Origin: Candidatus Latescibacterota bacterium
GTDB taxonomy: Bacteria > Latescibacterota > UBA2968 > GCA-2709665
Length of the DNA: 64,000 nt
NCBI GenBank assembly: GCA_965237675.1
Contig: OZ250150.1
Span: 4,256,001 to 4,320,000 of the forward strand
Direction of reading: 5' to 3'
Shown here: positions 18,300 through 28,884 of the stretch, piece by piece
How positions within the stretch are numbered: the stretch's first letter is position 1
Layout: every line of letters starts with the position of its first letter
The notes under the pieces: model-generated
The model's input: the letters and a program-made list of their open reading frames with translations, nothing else
What the model was told of the DNA's origin: nothing
Databases searched by the model: none
Made by a program: the position numbers and the translations under genes

Positions 18300-19703
18300 A
18301 TGGGTAAGAGTCTCTTTCATAAGTTGTGGGATGCCCACGCCGTTCGCAAGCTTCCATCGGGCCAGACCCAACTTTTTATTGGCCTGCACCTGATTCACGA
18401 AGTGACCAGCCCTCAGGCGTTTCAAATGATGCGTGAACGCGGCCTCAAAGTCGCGTACCCCGAGCGAACCTATGCCACCGTGGACCATATTGTCCCCACC
18501 GATATCCGTACGCGTCCGCTGATGGATTCCATGGCGGAAGAGATGCTGGGAGCGATCGAACAAAACACACGGGAGTTTGAAATCCCACTCTTCGACCTCC
18601 ACGACGATCGTCAGGGCATCGTACATATCATCGGTCCGGAGCTCGGACTCACGCAGCCGGGCATGACCATCGCATGCGGCGACAGCCACACGTCGACGCA
18701 TGGTGCGTTTGGCGCCATCGCCTTTGGCATCGGGACCTCTCAAGTACGCGACGTTCTAGCCACACAGTGTCTCGCGATGCACCCGCTCGAGGTCCGGCGC
18801 ATCGAAGTGACCGGCAGCCTCCCGAAGGGCGTTTACGCCAAAGACGTCATACTCAACATTATCCGCCGCCTTGGCGTGAAGGGCGGCGTCGGTTACGCGT
18901 ATGAATATGCCGGCCCGGTTATCGACGGGTTTAGCATGGAAGAACGCATGTCCATCTGCAATATGTCTATCGAAGGCGGAGCACGGGCGGGCTACGTGAA
19001 CCCGGACCAGACCACATTCGACTATCTCCGAGGACGGGCATACTCGCCCCCCGACCGCGGGTTCGACCGGGCCGTGGACTGGTGGAAACACATAGCCTCA
19101 GATGCCGATGCCCACTACGACGATGTCTTCGAGTTGGACGGGGCGGCGCTGGAGCCCACCGTTACCTGGGGCATCACGCCCAGTCAGGGCGTCTATGTGT
19201 CCGAAAGAATACCCTCCCTGCGGGATCTTCGGGAAGACGAACGGGACGTCGCCGCCGAAGCCTATGAATATATGGATTTCGACGCTGGAAGCCCGATTGC
19301 CGGTACACCCATCGACGTCGCGTTCATCGGTTCCTGCACGAATGGTCGAATCTCCGATCTTCGAGAGGCCGCTGGCGTCGTAAAGGGGAACAAGGTGGCT
19401 GGCAATGTCAACGCACTTGTGGTACCCGGCTCGGCAGCCGTGCGCAGGAACGCGGAAGCGGAAGGCCTGCATGAGATCTTCCGCGAAGCCGGGTTTGAAT
19501 GGAGGGAGGCGGGCTGTTCCATGTGTCTGGCGATGAACCCGGACAAACTCCAGCACCGCCAAATCTGCGCTTCGTCCAGCAACCGGAACTTCAAAGGCCG
19601 TCAGGGCAGCCCTACCGGCCGCACGCTGCTTATGAGTCCGGCAATGGTCGCCGCCGCGGCCGTATCGGGTGAAGTGACAGACGTCCGAACCATGTTGACG
19701 TGA
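18300..19703 (+). CDS. leuC: 3-isopropylmalate dehydratase large subunit
   Basis: [39 protein letters not shown]. Confidence 0.97.
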   Translation: MGKSLFHKLWDAHAVRKLPSGQTQLFIGLHLIHEVTSPQAFQMMRERGLKVAYPERTYATVDHIVPTDIRTRPLMDSMAEEMLGAIEQNTREFEIPLFDLHDDRQGIVHIIGPELGLTQPGMTIACGDSHTSTHGAFGAIAFGIGTSQVRDVLATQCLAMHPLEVRRIEVTGSLPKGVYAKDVILNIIRRLGVKGGVGYAYEYAGPVIDGFSMEERMSICNMSIEGGARAGYVNPDQTTFDYLRGRAYSPPDRGFDRAVDWWKHIASDADAHYDDVFELDGAALEPTVTWGITPSQGVYVSERIPSLRDLREDERDVAAEAYEYMDFDAGSPIAGTPIDVAFIGSCTNGRISDLREAAGVVKGNKVAGNVNALVVPGSAAVRRNAEAEGLHEIFREAGFEWREAGCSMCLAMNPDKLQHRQICASSSNRNFKGRQGSPTGRTLLMSPAMVAAAAVSGEVTDVRTMLT

Positions 19704-19715
19704 AAGGACCGCCTG

Positions 19716-20312
19716 ATGAACGCTGCATCATCCGCAGTCAGCCACGTGGCCGGTCGAGGCATTCCGGTCCGCGGCAACGACATCGATACCGACCGGATCA
19801 TTCCCGCGAGGCACCTGCGCAACATCACCTTCGAGGGCCTGGGCGAGTTCGCCTTCGAAGACGACCGGAAATCCACGGACCATCCTTTCGACGATGCCCG
19901 CTACCGGGGGGCGTCCATTCTGGTGGTCAATGCCAACTTCGGATGCGGGTCTTCCCGGGAACACGCGCCTCAGGCCATTATGGGCTGGGGCATCGGGGCC
20001 ATTGTCGGGGAATCGTTCGCGGAGATCTTCCAGGGTAATTGCACGGCGATGGGATTTCCCTGTGTCACTGTTTCAAGCGATGATGTTCAGACATTGATGT
20101 ACGCCGTCGAATCCGATCCGACCCGGGAAATTACGGTCGATGTGGAAGAAAAGACGCTGGCGTGCGGCGATCTGATGGTTGGCGTCCAGATCCCGGACGG
20201 AGACCGCATTCAGCTCCTGGAAGGGACGTGGGACGCCACCGGGATGCTTCTGGAGGGTAGCGATACCGTTCGTTCCGTTGCGCGGAATCTCCCGTATATC
20301 TCAGGATTCTAA
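19716..20312 (+). CDS. leuD: 3-isopropylmalate dehydratase small subunit
   Basis: DIDTDRIIPA, NFGCGSSREHAPQA. Confidence 0.96.
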   Translation: MNAASSAVSHVAGRGIPVRGNDIDTDRIIPARHLRNITFEGLGEFAFEDDRKSTDHPFDDARYRGASILVVNANFGCGSSREHAPQAIMGWGIGAIVGESFAEIFQGNCTAMGFPCVTVSSDDVQTLMYAVESDPTREITVDVEEKTLACGDLMVGVQIPDGDRIQLLEGTWDATGMLLEGSDTVRSVARNLPYISGF

Positions 20313-20329
20313 CCCATTGGAGGAGCCCT

Positions 20330-21415
20330 CTGTCCTACAAGATCGCAGTCATCCCAGGCGACGGTACGGGACCGGAAGTTGTCGCGGAAGGTCTTAAGTG
20401 TGTAAACGCTGTCGCCCGGACCTGCGTCTTCGACTTTGAAACCGTCACCTACGACTTTGGCGGCGAACGGTACCTGCGAACCGGCGAAACCCTGCCCGAC
20501 TCGGCCATTGAAGAACTCAAGGCATTCAATGCCATTTACCTGGGCGCCATAGGCCATCCGGACGTCAGGCCCGGGATCCTGGAGAAGGGTATTCTACTGC
20601 GAACCCGCTTTGAACTGGACCAGTACATCAACCTGCGTCCGGTCAAACTTTACCCCAATGTGGACTGCCCGCTCAAAGACAAGGGCCCCGCGGACGTCGA
20701 CTTTGTTGTCGTGCGCGAAAATACCGAGGGCCTCTATGCCGGTGCGGGAGGATTCCTGAAGAAGGGTACCCCCGACGAGGTCGCCGTCCAGGAATCCATC
20801 AATACCCGAAAGGGCGTGGAGAGGTGTCTGAGGTATGCTTTCGAATACACACGCAGGCGTAAACGCGGGAACACCCTCACCCTCTGCGGCAAGACCAACG
20901 TGCTCACCTATGCCTTCGACCTGTGGGAGCGTACGTTCAACGAAATCGGAGACGCCGATTACGCCGATGTCAAACGTGACTATGCCCACGTTGACGCCAT
21001 TACGATGTGGATGGTAAAAAATCCGGAATGGTTCGACGTCATTGTCACCGATAACATGTTCGGCGACATCATTACAGACCTGGGCGCCATGATTCAGGGC
21101 GGCATGGGTGTTGCGGCAGGGGGCAACATCAACCCCGAGGGCGTTTCAATGTTCGAACCCATCGGCGGATCGGCTCCCAAATATACCGGCCGGGGGGTTA
21201 TCAATCCTGTCGCCGGCATCGCCGCCGCGCAAATGATGCTCGACGTCCTGGGCGAGACCGAAGGCGCCAGGATCCTGGAAAACGCCATCATCCGTGTGGT
21301 CGGCACCAAACTCAAAGGTATGGGCGCGGGAGATATGGGTTACAGCACCTCGGAGGTAGGCGACCTCATCGCCGACGAAGTCGCCCGCACTCAGACTCGT
21401 GGAACCACCGGATGA
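20330..21415 (+). CDS. leuB: 3-isopropylmalate dehydrogenase (apparent CTG start)
   Basis: Frame is open from CTG 20330: [17 protein letters not shown]...YINLRP, then [27 protein letters not shown]; SD GGAGGAG at 20319-20325. Confidence 0.93.
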   Translation: MSYKIAVIPGDGTGPEVVAEGLKCVNAVARTCVFDFETVTYDFGGERYLRTGETLPDSAIEELKAFNAIYLGAIGHPDVRPGILEKGILLRTRFELDQYINLRPVKLYPNVDCPLKDKGPADVDFVVVRENTEGLYAGAGGFLKKGTPDEVAVQESINTRKGVERCLRYAFEYTRRRKRGNTLTLCGKTNVLTYAFDLWERTFNEIGDADYADVKRDYAHVDAITMWMVKNPEWFDVIVTDNMFGDIITDLGAMIQGGMGVAAGGNINPEGVSMFEPIGGSAPKYTGRGVINPVAGIAAAQMMLDVLGETEGARILENAIIRVVGTKLKGMGAGDMGYSTSEVGDLIADEVARTQTRGTTG

Positions 21416-21580
21416 AACTTGCAGATTCAGCAGAAAGGACGTGGAATCAACCGGGCGACTACCTCCGCCCGGGCCGCATTGGACCGGCCGATCTCCAAGA
21501 TTGTGGACAGAACCGTCAACCAGACTGGAACGTCTGTTCCTGATCCCGGAATTTCCGATCCAATGTAAAAGGAGCCCTTA

Positions 21581-23188
21581 ATGTCCAACCATGTACAAAT
21601 ATACGATTCCACGCTGCGCGACGGCGCGCAAGCCGAAGGTATTGCGTTCTCGCTGGACGACAAGCTCCTGATCGCGCAGCGCCTGGACGAGCTCGGCGTC
21701 CATTATATCGAGGGAGGATGGCCCAATCCCACCAATCCCAAAGAGATGGAATTTTTCAACCGCATCAGGGAAGTCCCATTTGAAAACGCGCAGGTTGCCG
21801 CCTTCGGCAGCACTCGACGGGCAAACAACCTCCCGGAGGATGACGCCACCCTCAACACCCTCCTACAGGCGGGCACCGACGTCGTCACCCTCTTCGGCAA
21901 GTCCTGGGAACTGCACGTCACCCACGTTCTGCGCACCTCCCTCGACGAGAACCTGAGACTCATCCAGGACTCGGTTGCGTACATCGCGTCGAACGGACGG
22001 GACGTCGTCTACGATGCGGAGCACTTCTTCGACGGCTACAAGGCCGATCCTCGATATGCCATCACGACCCTCCTGGCCGCCCAGGAAGGCGGCGCCGATA
22101 TTCTGGTCCTCTGCGACACCAACGGCGGCACCCTGCCCTCCGAACTGAAGGAAATCATTGAAAACGTAAAGCGGAACGTCAGCCTGCCCTTCGGGATCCA
22201 TACCCACAACGACGCCGGCGTGGGCGTCGCCAACGCGCTCGTGGCTGTCGAAATGGGCGCCATCCAGGTCCAGGGCACATTCAACGGCTACGGGGAGCGC
22301 TGCGGCAATGCCAATCTGTGTTCCATCATTCCGAGCCTCGAAATAAAACTCAACAAATCCAGTATAGGTCCCGAGAAGCTCGCGGGGCTGAAGGACTTCT
22401 CTCGCTTCCTGAGCGAAATTGCAAACGTCTTTCACGATCACCGCCAGCCCTATGTGGGTGAAAGCGCATTTGCGCACAAGGGCGGGGTTCACATCGACGC
22501 CATGGTCAAACAACCCGCCACATACGAACACTGCGAACCCGAACAGGTGGGCAACGAACGACGCTTCCTGTTGTCCGAGCAATCCGGAAGCGCCACCATC
22601 GCAGCCAAACTGAAACATCTCATCCCCGGTCTCGACAAGAAACATCCGGCGCTTCAGCGCCTTCTTCGACAGATCAAGCAACTCGAACACGAGGGATACG
22701 TCTTTGAAGCCGCGGAAGCATCCTTCGAAATCCTGGCCCGCAAGGCGCTTGGCGGCATTTCCGACCCGTTCCGGTTAGTCGGATTCCGCACCATCAACCG
22801 GAATTCCGCGGAAGGGACTGAAGTGGAAGCGATCGTCAAAGTTGAGGTGGATGGCGAAATCTATCACACAGTGGCAGACGGAGACGGACCGGTGAACGCG
22901 CTGGACGCGGCGCTGCGGCAGGGGTTGGAGTCGGTGTACCCCATCCTCAAGGAAGTCCACCTCGAAGATTACAAAGTGCGCGTGTTATCCGCCAACGACG
23001 GCACGGCCGCCAGGGTGCGCGTACTCATCGAGTCCTCCGACAGCCACAGGGTATGGAATACAATCGGTGTGTCTGAAAATATCATTGAAGCAAGCTGGAT
23101 CGCCCTCGTGGACAGCCTCAGCTACAAGCTGCTCAGGGAGGGCTTCCTTACAGACACCGAACCGATCCGACAGGAAGCGCTGGTATAA
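21581..23188 (+). CDS. cimA: Citramalate synthase
   Basis: [47 protein letters not shown]. Confidence 0.9.
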   Translation: MSNHVQIYDSTLRDGAQAEGIAFSLDDKLLIAQRLDELGVHYIEGGWPNPTNPKEMEFFNRIREVPFENAQVAAFGSTRRANNLPEDDATLNTLLQAGTDVVTLFGKSWELHVTHVLRTSLDENLRLIQDSVAYIASNGRDVVYDAEHFFDGYKADPRYAITTLLAAQEGGADILVLCDTNGGTLPSELKEIIENVKRNVSLPFGIHTHNDAGVGVANALVAVEMGAIQVQGTFNGYGERCGNANLCSIIPSLEIKLNKSSIGPEKLAGLKDFSRFLSEIANVFHDHRQPYVGESAFAHKGGVHIDAMVKQPATYEHCEPEQVGNERRFLLSEQSGSATIAAKLKHLIPGLDKKHPALQRLLRQIKQLEHEGYVFEAAEASFEILARKALGGISDPFRLVGFRTINRNSAEGTEVEAIVKVEVDGEIYHTVADGDGPVNALDAALRQGLESVYPILKEVHLEDYKVRVLSANDGTAARVRVLIESSDSHRVWNTIGVSENIIEASWIALVDSLSYKLLREGFLTDTEPIRQEALV

Positions 23189-23241
23189 ACTCCCGGCCGA
23201 TCCGGGCCCGACAGGGTGGGGTCCTCTTTCATGTTGCGAAA

Positions 23242-24414
23242 ATGAAAATCACGTCCCGAAGAATAGAACGCCTTCCGCCGTATGTGTTTGCCGAGGTCAA
23301 CGCGCACAAGATGCGCCTGCGCCGGCAAGGCGTGGACATTATTGATCTGGGGATGGGGAACCCGGACCAGCCGACCCCCGCGCATATTGTAGACAAACTC
23401 ATCGAAGTTGCCAGAGATCCCAAGACCCACCGCTATGCCCCGTCGCAGGGTATAGACGCGTTGCGCGCGGCCATCTGCCGGCACTACAGGAGGCGTTTCG
23501 GCGTCGATCTGGACCCCGATACGGAAGCCCTCGTCACCATTGGTTCCAAAGAGGGTCTTGCCCACATCTGCCTCGCCCTCCTGGATCCCGGCGATCTGGC
23601 CATTGTGCCCAATCCGGCGTATCCTCTGCATCTTTACGGCGTCGCCATCGCAAACGGAAATGTTCTGAGTCTGCCTCTCCGACCCGAGAAAGAGTTCATT
23701 CCCGAAATCCAAATGGTCGCAAGGGAACTCTGGCCAAAGCCCAAAATCATGATCTTCAACTTCCCGAACAATCCCACCACCGCGACGGTGGACCCCGCTT
23801 TTTTTGAGGAGATCGTAGACTTCGCCCGGCGCCAGGAAATCGTTATCATTCACGACATGGCCTACTCTGACATCGTCTTCGATGGCTACCAGGCACCCAG
23901 CCTGCTCCAGGTAAAAGGGGCAAAGGAAGTGGGTGTGGAATTTTTCACGATGTCCAAAACCTACAACATGGCCGGCTGGCGGGTAGGTTTCTGCCTGGGC
24001 AACCCGGAGGTCATCGAAGCACTGAAAACCATTAAACATTACTACGATTATGGTATTTTCACACCCATCCAGGTCGCCGCCATTGCCGCCCTGGACGGCC
24101 CTCAAGACTGTGTTGTTCAGGCCGCTGAAATCTATCGATCCAGGCGGGATGTGCTGGTCGAGGGCCTTAACCGGATCGGCTGGCCCGTATTCAAGCCCAA
24201 AGCATCGATGTTCATCTGGACGCAGATTCCCGACAAATACCGTTATCTGGGCTCAATGCGGTTTGCCCTCAAAATGATGGAGGACGCGGAAGTCGCCGTT
24301 TCCCCGGGAATCGGCTTCGGCGACATGGGTGAGGGTTACGTGCGTATTTCTCTCATTGAAAACGAGCACCGCATCCGCCAGGCAATCAGAAACATCAAAC
24401 GGGCATTCTTCTGA
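23242..24414 (+). CDS. alaC: Class I/II aminotransferase, AlaC-like (glutamate-pyruvate aminotransferase)
   Basis: [53 protein letters not shown]. Confidence 0.75.
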   Translation: MKITSRRIERLPPYVFAEVNAHKMRLRRQGVDIIDLGMGNPDQPTPAHIVDKLIEVARDPKTHRYAPSQGIDALRAAICRHYRRRFGVDLDPDTEALVTIGSKEGLAHICLALLDPGDLAIVPNPAYPLHLYGVAIANGNVLSLPLRPEKEFIPEIQMVARELWPKPKIMIFNFPNNPTTATVDPAFFEEIVDFARRQEIVIIHDMAYSDIVFDGYQAPSLLQVKGAKEVGVEFFTMSKTYNMAGWRVGFCLGNPEVIEALKTIKHYYDYGIFTPIQVAAIAALDGPQDCVVQAAEIYRSRRDVLVEGLNRIGWPVFKPKASMFIWTQIPDKYRYLGSMRFALKMMEDAEVAVSPGIGFGDMGEGYVRISLIENEHRIRQAIRNIKRAFF

Positions 24415-24425
24415 GAGGATCGGCT

Positions 24426-25619
24426 TTGGAATTCACGGAAGGCAGTTGCCTCCATCCCAGAGGGTTCCGCGCAGCCGGCGTTGCCTCCGGTCTGAAGGCA
24501 TCCGGCAAAGACCTGGCCCTCATCGCGTCCAACAGACCGGGCGCGGCGGCCGGTGTATTCACGACCAACCAGGTGCAGGCCGCTCCCATCCACGTAAACC
24601 GGGAACACCTGGCGGACAATACCGCTCAAGCCATTGTCATCAACAGTAAGAACGCCAATGCCTGCACGGGGAAACCGGGTTTAGCGGATGCCCGCCAGAC
24701 GGCACGTGAGGTGGCGCGCGAACTGGACATCGCACCGGAGAACGTGCTGGTCAACTCAACGGGTGTCATCGGCGTGCCGCTTCCGATGGAAAAAATCCGT
24801 GCGGGAATCCCGGCTGCAGTCCGCGAACTTCGCGGCGACGGCTGGGAAGACGCCTCGGAAGCGATCATGACCACGGATACGGTGCCTAAGCGGGCATCGG
24901 CGCAGATCCGGCTGGGCGGGCGCACCGTCACCATCTGCGGTATTGCAAAGGGTTCGGGCATGATCGCACCCGACATGGCCACCATGCTCGGCTTCGTCGC
25001 CACGGACGCCGCGGTAGATCCGGGGCGGCTGGAAACGTGCCTCAGGAAGGCCGTCGAACAGTCGTTCAACTGCATTACCGTGGACGGCGACACAAGCACG
25101 AACGACACGGTGCTCCTGCTGGCCAACGGTGCCGCTTGCGACCGCTCACTTTCCGCCAGCGAGGTCGAGTCCTTTCAGACGGGACTCAACGCCGTCTGCG
25201 GCAGCCTGGCCAGGCAGATCGCACGCGACGGGGAAGGTGCAACCAAGCTCATCACTATCCGTGTCACAGGAGCCACGTCCGCTCAAAATGCCCGAACCAT
25301 CGGCCTGTCCGTCGGCAATTCGAGCCTGGTCAAGACAGCCGTCTTCGGCCGAGATCCGAATTGGGGTCGTATCCTCTGCGCCATCGGGTATGCCGGCGTG
25401 CCGGTAGAACCGGAGAACGTCTCAGTTTCGATGGCCGGCATTCCCATCTACGGCAAAGGAGGCGGTCTGCCCTTCGATTCCGAGGCAGCCACGCAGGCAT
25501 TGTCTGCGACGGATGTGGAAATCGAAATTGATCTCGGCCAGGGAGAGGCAAACACCACGATTTATACCTGCGACCTCACATACGACTACATCAGGATCAA
25601 CGCCGAATACACCACCTGA
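24426..25619 (+). CDS. argJ: Ornithine acetyltransferase / N-acetylglutamate synthase
   Basis: AIMTTDT, AKGSGMIAPDMATML, DGDTSTND, DGEGATK, C-terminal YIRINAEYTT. Confidence 0.96.
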   Translation: MEFTEGSCLHPRGFRAAGVASGLKASGKDLALIASNRPGAAAGVFTTNQVQAAPIHVNREHLADNTAQAIVINSKNANACTGKPGLADARQTAREVARELDIAPENVLVNSTGVIGVPLPMEKIRAGIPAAVRELRGDGWEDASEAIMTTDTVPKRASAQIRLGGRTVTICGIAKGSGMIAPDMATMLGFVATDAAVDPGRLETCLRKAVEQSFNCITVDGDTSTNDTVLLLANGAACDRSLSASEVESFQTGLNAVCGSLARQIARDGEGATKLITIRVTGATSAQNARTIGLSVGNSSLVKTAVFGRDPNWGRILCAIGYAGVPVEPENVSVSMAGIPIYGKGGGLPFDSEAATQALSATDVEIEIDLGQGEANTTIYTCDLTYDYIRINAEYTT

Positions 25620-25719
25620 TCGGACGCGGAAAACGTAATCCGCGCCGAAGTCACACGGTGGTGCGGGGAACCGACTTACCGTTTTTCGGAACCTTCAAAC
25701 GCGGACTTCAACCGGGACC

Positions 25720-26913
25720 ATGGAAAAATTCGTTACGCCGTTCTCCAACCGTGTGCTCAATGCAAACGAATCGCTTACCGTAGCCACCTTTGCCAGAATG
25801 AGTGAATTGAAACGCCGGGGTGTGGACCTTATCTCCCTGGTAGCGGGCGAACCTGATTTTGACACCCCGAAGAACATCAAGGACGCTGGTATCCAGGCCA
25901 TCGTGAGTGGACACACGAAATACACCGCGCCCGCTTCGGGCCTGCCCGAACTCAAACAGGCAATCGCGAACAAACTGAGTCGAGAAAACAACCTGGACTA
26001 CGATCCCGCGCAGATCGTCGTTACCTGCGGCGCCAAGCAGACCATCTTCGACGCGGTCGTCGCGCTGATCAACCCCGGCGACGAGGTCATCATTCCCGCT
26101 CCGTTCTGGGTTAGCTACGTTGACCAGGTCAGACTGATGGGCGGCCGACCGGTCATTTTGAAAACGACTGAGGAGACGGGTTTCCGGCTCAGCCCCCGAA
26201 TGCTTGCGGATGCCATCAACCCACGTACCAAATTGCTACTCTTGAACAGTCCGTGCAATCCAACCGGTGAAGTCTACACGCCGGATGAACTGAGAGCCCT
26301 CGCAGACGTCATTGCAGAAGCCGGCATCTTTGTAATCTCGGACGAGATCTACGAAAAAATCATTTATGACGGCACCGAGCACGTCTCCATTGCCGCACTG
26401 CATCCGGACGTCAAAGGCAGGACCCTGCTGGTCAACGGCTTCTCCAAGGCCTATGCAATGACGGGCTGGCGAGTGGGCTATGGCGCAGGTCCTTCGGATC
26501 TGATGAAACTGATCGCCCGAGTACAGAGTCAGGAAACCACGAACACGTGCACAATTTCCCAGGTTGCGGCCATCGAAGCGCTTAACGGAACCCAGGAGAG
26601 CGTCGAAACCATGCGAAAGGCGTTCCAGGAACGCCGAAATCTGATCGTCGGCCGCCTGAACCGCATGCCGGGCGTCTCGTGTCGCCTTCCCCAGGGCGCC
26701 TTTTACGCCTTTCCCAACGTGTCCGGTCTATACAGCGAACGCATCACGGATGACGTCGCCCTCTCCAATTACCTGCTGGAAGAGGCCGAGACGGGCTGCG
26801 TGCCCGGCAGCGGGTTCGGTGCCGGCGACCACCTGCGTTTTTCATATGCCGCGTCTCTACCAAGGATTCAAGAGGCCATGGACCGCATCGAGGCTGCAAT
26901 CAGGAAAATTTAG
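25720..26913 (+). CDS. aspC: Aspartate aminotransferase (PLP, class I)
   Basis: AGEPDFDTP, NSPCNPTG, SDEIYE, NGFSKAYAMTGWRVG. Confidence 0.85.
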   Translation: MEKFVTPFSNRVLNANESLTVATFARMSELKRRGVDLISLVAGEPDFDTPKNIKDAGIQAIVSGHTKYTAPASGLPELKQAIANKLSRENNLDYDPAQIVVTCGAKQTIFDAVVALINPGDEVIIPAPFWVSYVDQVRLMGGRPVILKTTEETGFRLSPRMLADAINPRTKLLLLNSPCNPTGEVYTPDELRALADVIAEAGIFVISDEIYEKIIYDGTEHVSIAALHPDVKGRTLLVNGFSKAYAMTGWRVGYGAGPSDLMKLIARVQSQETTNTCTISQVAAIEALNGTQESVETMRKAFQERRNLIVGRLNRMPGVSCRLPQGAFYAFPNVSGLYSERITDDVALSNYLLEEAETGCVPGSGFGAGDHLRFSYAASLPRIQEAMDRIEAAIRKI

Positions 26914-26946
26914 ACCCCCGGATCCTGCCGAAAAGGACACCCGACC

Positions 26947-27912
26947 ATGAAGGACAAGAAGAAAATATACCTGGACTTCGAGCGCCCCATTGCGGAACTG
27001 GAACAGACAATCGAAGACCTCAAATCCCATGCCGAGAATGAAAACATAGACATGTCCGCCGAATTGGCCACCCTTGAAAAACGGCTACACAAGTTGGAAA
27101 AGGAAATCTACTCGAACATGAGCCGGTGGCAAATATACCAGGTGGCGGGACACCCCCAGCGCCCTCACACGCTGGACTACATTCAATCCATTCTCACCGA
27201 TTTTATGGAACTCCACGGAGATCGGACCTATAGAGACGATCCGGCGGTCGTGAGTGGCTTCGCCCGCCTCGACGGACAACCCGTTCTGGTCCTGGGTACG
27301 CAAAAAGGTCGCAACACCAGGGAGAATATTCATCGCAACTTCGGCATGGCCCACCCCGAGGGTTATCGAAAAGCGCTTCGCGTTATGAAACTGGCCGCCA
27401 AATTCAAACGCCCCGTTCTCTGTCTGATCGATACCCCCGGCGCTTACCCCGGCATCGGATCGGAGGAACGAAGCGTTTCGGAAGCCATCGCCAGAAATCT
27501 CTTCGAGATTTCCCGGCTTCCCGTTCCCATCATCGTGGTCATTATCGGCGAGGGTGCAAGCGGCGGCGCACTCGGCATCGGTGTCGGCGACCGAATCCTG
27601 ATGTTGGAAAACGCATGGTATTCCGTGATCAACCCCCAATCCTGTTCGCTCATTCTCTGGCGGAATCGTGACAAGAAAGAAGAGGCCGCCGAGGCGTTGA
27701 AGATCACGGCACCGGACCTTATCCCCTTTGGGATCGTCGATAGAATTGTGCCTGAGCCCTTTGGCGGCGCACACAGAGATCCGTTGGCGACAGGTCAAAA
27801 CCTGAAGCGCATCTTACTGGAGGAACTCCAGAATCTCCTCCGGATACGCCCCGATGACCTTGTCCGCGAGAGGGTCGACAAATTCGGTCGGATGGGGGTC
27901 TGGGACGAGTAA
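26947..27912 (+). CDS. accA: Acetyl-CoA carboxylase carboxyltransferase alpha subunit
   Basis: [43 protein letters not shown]. Confidence 0.97.
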   Translation: MKDKKKIYLDFERPIAELEQTIEDLKSHAENENIDMSAELATLEKRLHKLEKEIYSNMSRWQIYQVAGHPQRPHTLDYIQSILTDFMELHGDRTYRDDPAVVSGFARLDGQPVLVLGTQKGRNTRENIHRNFGMAHPEGYRKALRVMKLAAKFKRPVLCLIDTPGAYPGIGSEERSVSEAIARNLFEISRLPVPIIVVIIGEGASGGALGIGVGDRILMLENAWYSVINPQSCSLILWRNRDKKEEAAEALKITAPDLIPFGIVDRIVPEPFGGAHRDPLATGQNLKRILLEELQNLLRIRPDDLVRERVDKFGRMGVWDE

Positions 27913-28213
27913 CCCCCGCTTTCCAACGGCACCCGATCTGCATGATTTTCCAGGTTTCGGATTTAGCAAAAAATGGGCCGTAAGATGCCCATTTTTTCTT
28001 TATATTTCTCCTTTCGACGGCGGGAATTCACTAACTTGCTGTTTACCTGAGACGTTCCGTAATTTGACCCAATCCGAGGAGGTTTCCCAGCCAAAAAGGT
28101 GCGACGGACACATGTCTGGCCAACAAAAGAAAATTTTATCGTCCAGCCAATTGTGTTTCAGTATCTTATGCGCCGGACACCCGATTTGCATCCTGTTTTC
28201 CTCAAATTATCTC

Positions 28214-28242
28214 TTGACGACACCGCATTCAGAGTATATATT
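28214..28242 (+). promoter_or_regulatory. sigma70-type promoter with no convincing downstream CDS
   Basis: TTGACG (28214-28219), 17 bp spacer, TATATT (28237-28242). Confidence 0.5.
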
Positions 28243-28248
28243 CTCAAA

Positions 28249-28392
28249 TGTTCTTGCGAAGAGACTATTTTCTTGTAAGTTCTTGTCTTGGAGCACGTTG
28301 TATCGTCGGATCCGTGTGCCTTTTCGAGGGGTGTCCTGCAGCGAAAACGCACGGATTCGGGACGGAACCGGGGGCTTGCGGGGGTTCGTTTT
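28249..28392 (+). ncRNA. Candidate structured small RNA
   Basis: Promoter upstream; 11-bp helix GGATCCGTGTG (28308-28318)/CGCACGGATTC (28348-28358) enclosing a TTCG-capped hairpin; terminal stem followed by TTTT. Confidence 0.35.
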
Positions 28393-28884
28393 GATGTTGG
28401 GCCGAGGACCACAAAAACAATGATTCGTGGGCGCGGGTACTGGGTTTCGGCGGCGCCTCATTCTCCAAGCAGTACGCGACTCAATGGGCGGTATGGTCGT
28501 TACTGGAATTCGCTTCAGCACCTGATCCAGCCTGGGGGAAGTTGAAAGCATCGGCTCTTTGGTTGGCGGCGGTCTTATTGGGGGAGATAATACTGCCAGC
28601 TATACCGATCACTTAGAACTGCTGCTTCTCTTCTTATGCATCGTGGCTCTGTGCTGACTGTGTGTTCCGGTACCTCCAGCCGCCCATTTTTAACGTCGCC
28701 GGCAGGTACATTTCGGGGTCAACGAGACCGGTCTCTCCGCGGGCCCGTCCACCGGTTCGGCATGTGTAACGCCCGTCGGGCGGTTCCACTCAGGTCGGGT
28801 TCGCGCCATCGACGGCCCGCATCCACGCCTCCACCGACACCCATCCCCGTGTCGTCAACGCCTGCGAAGGCTCCCGTTGCGCCC

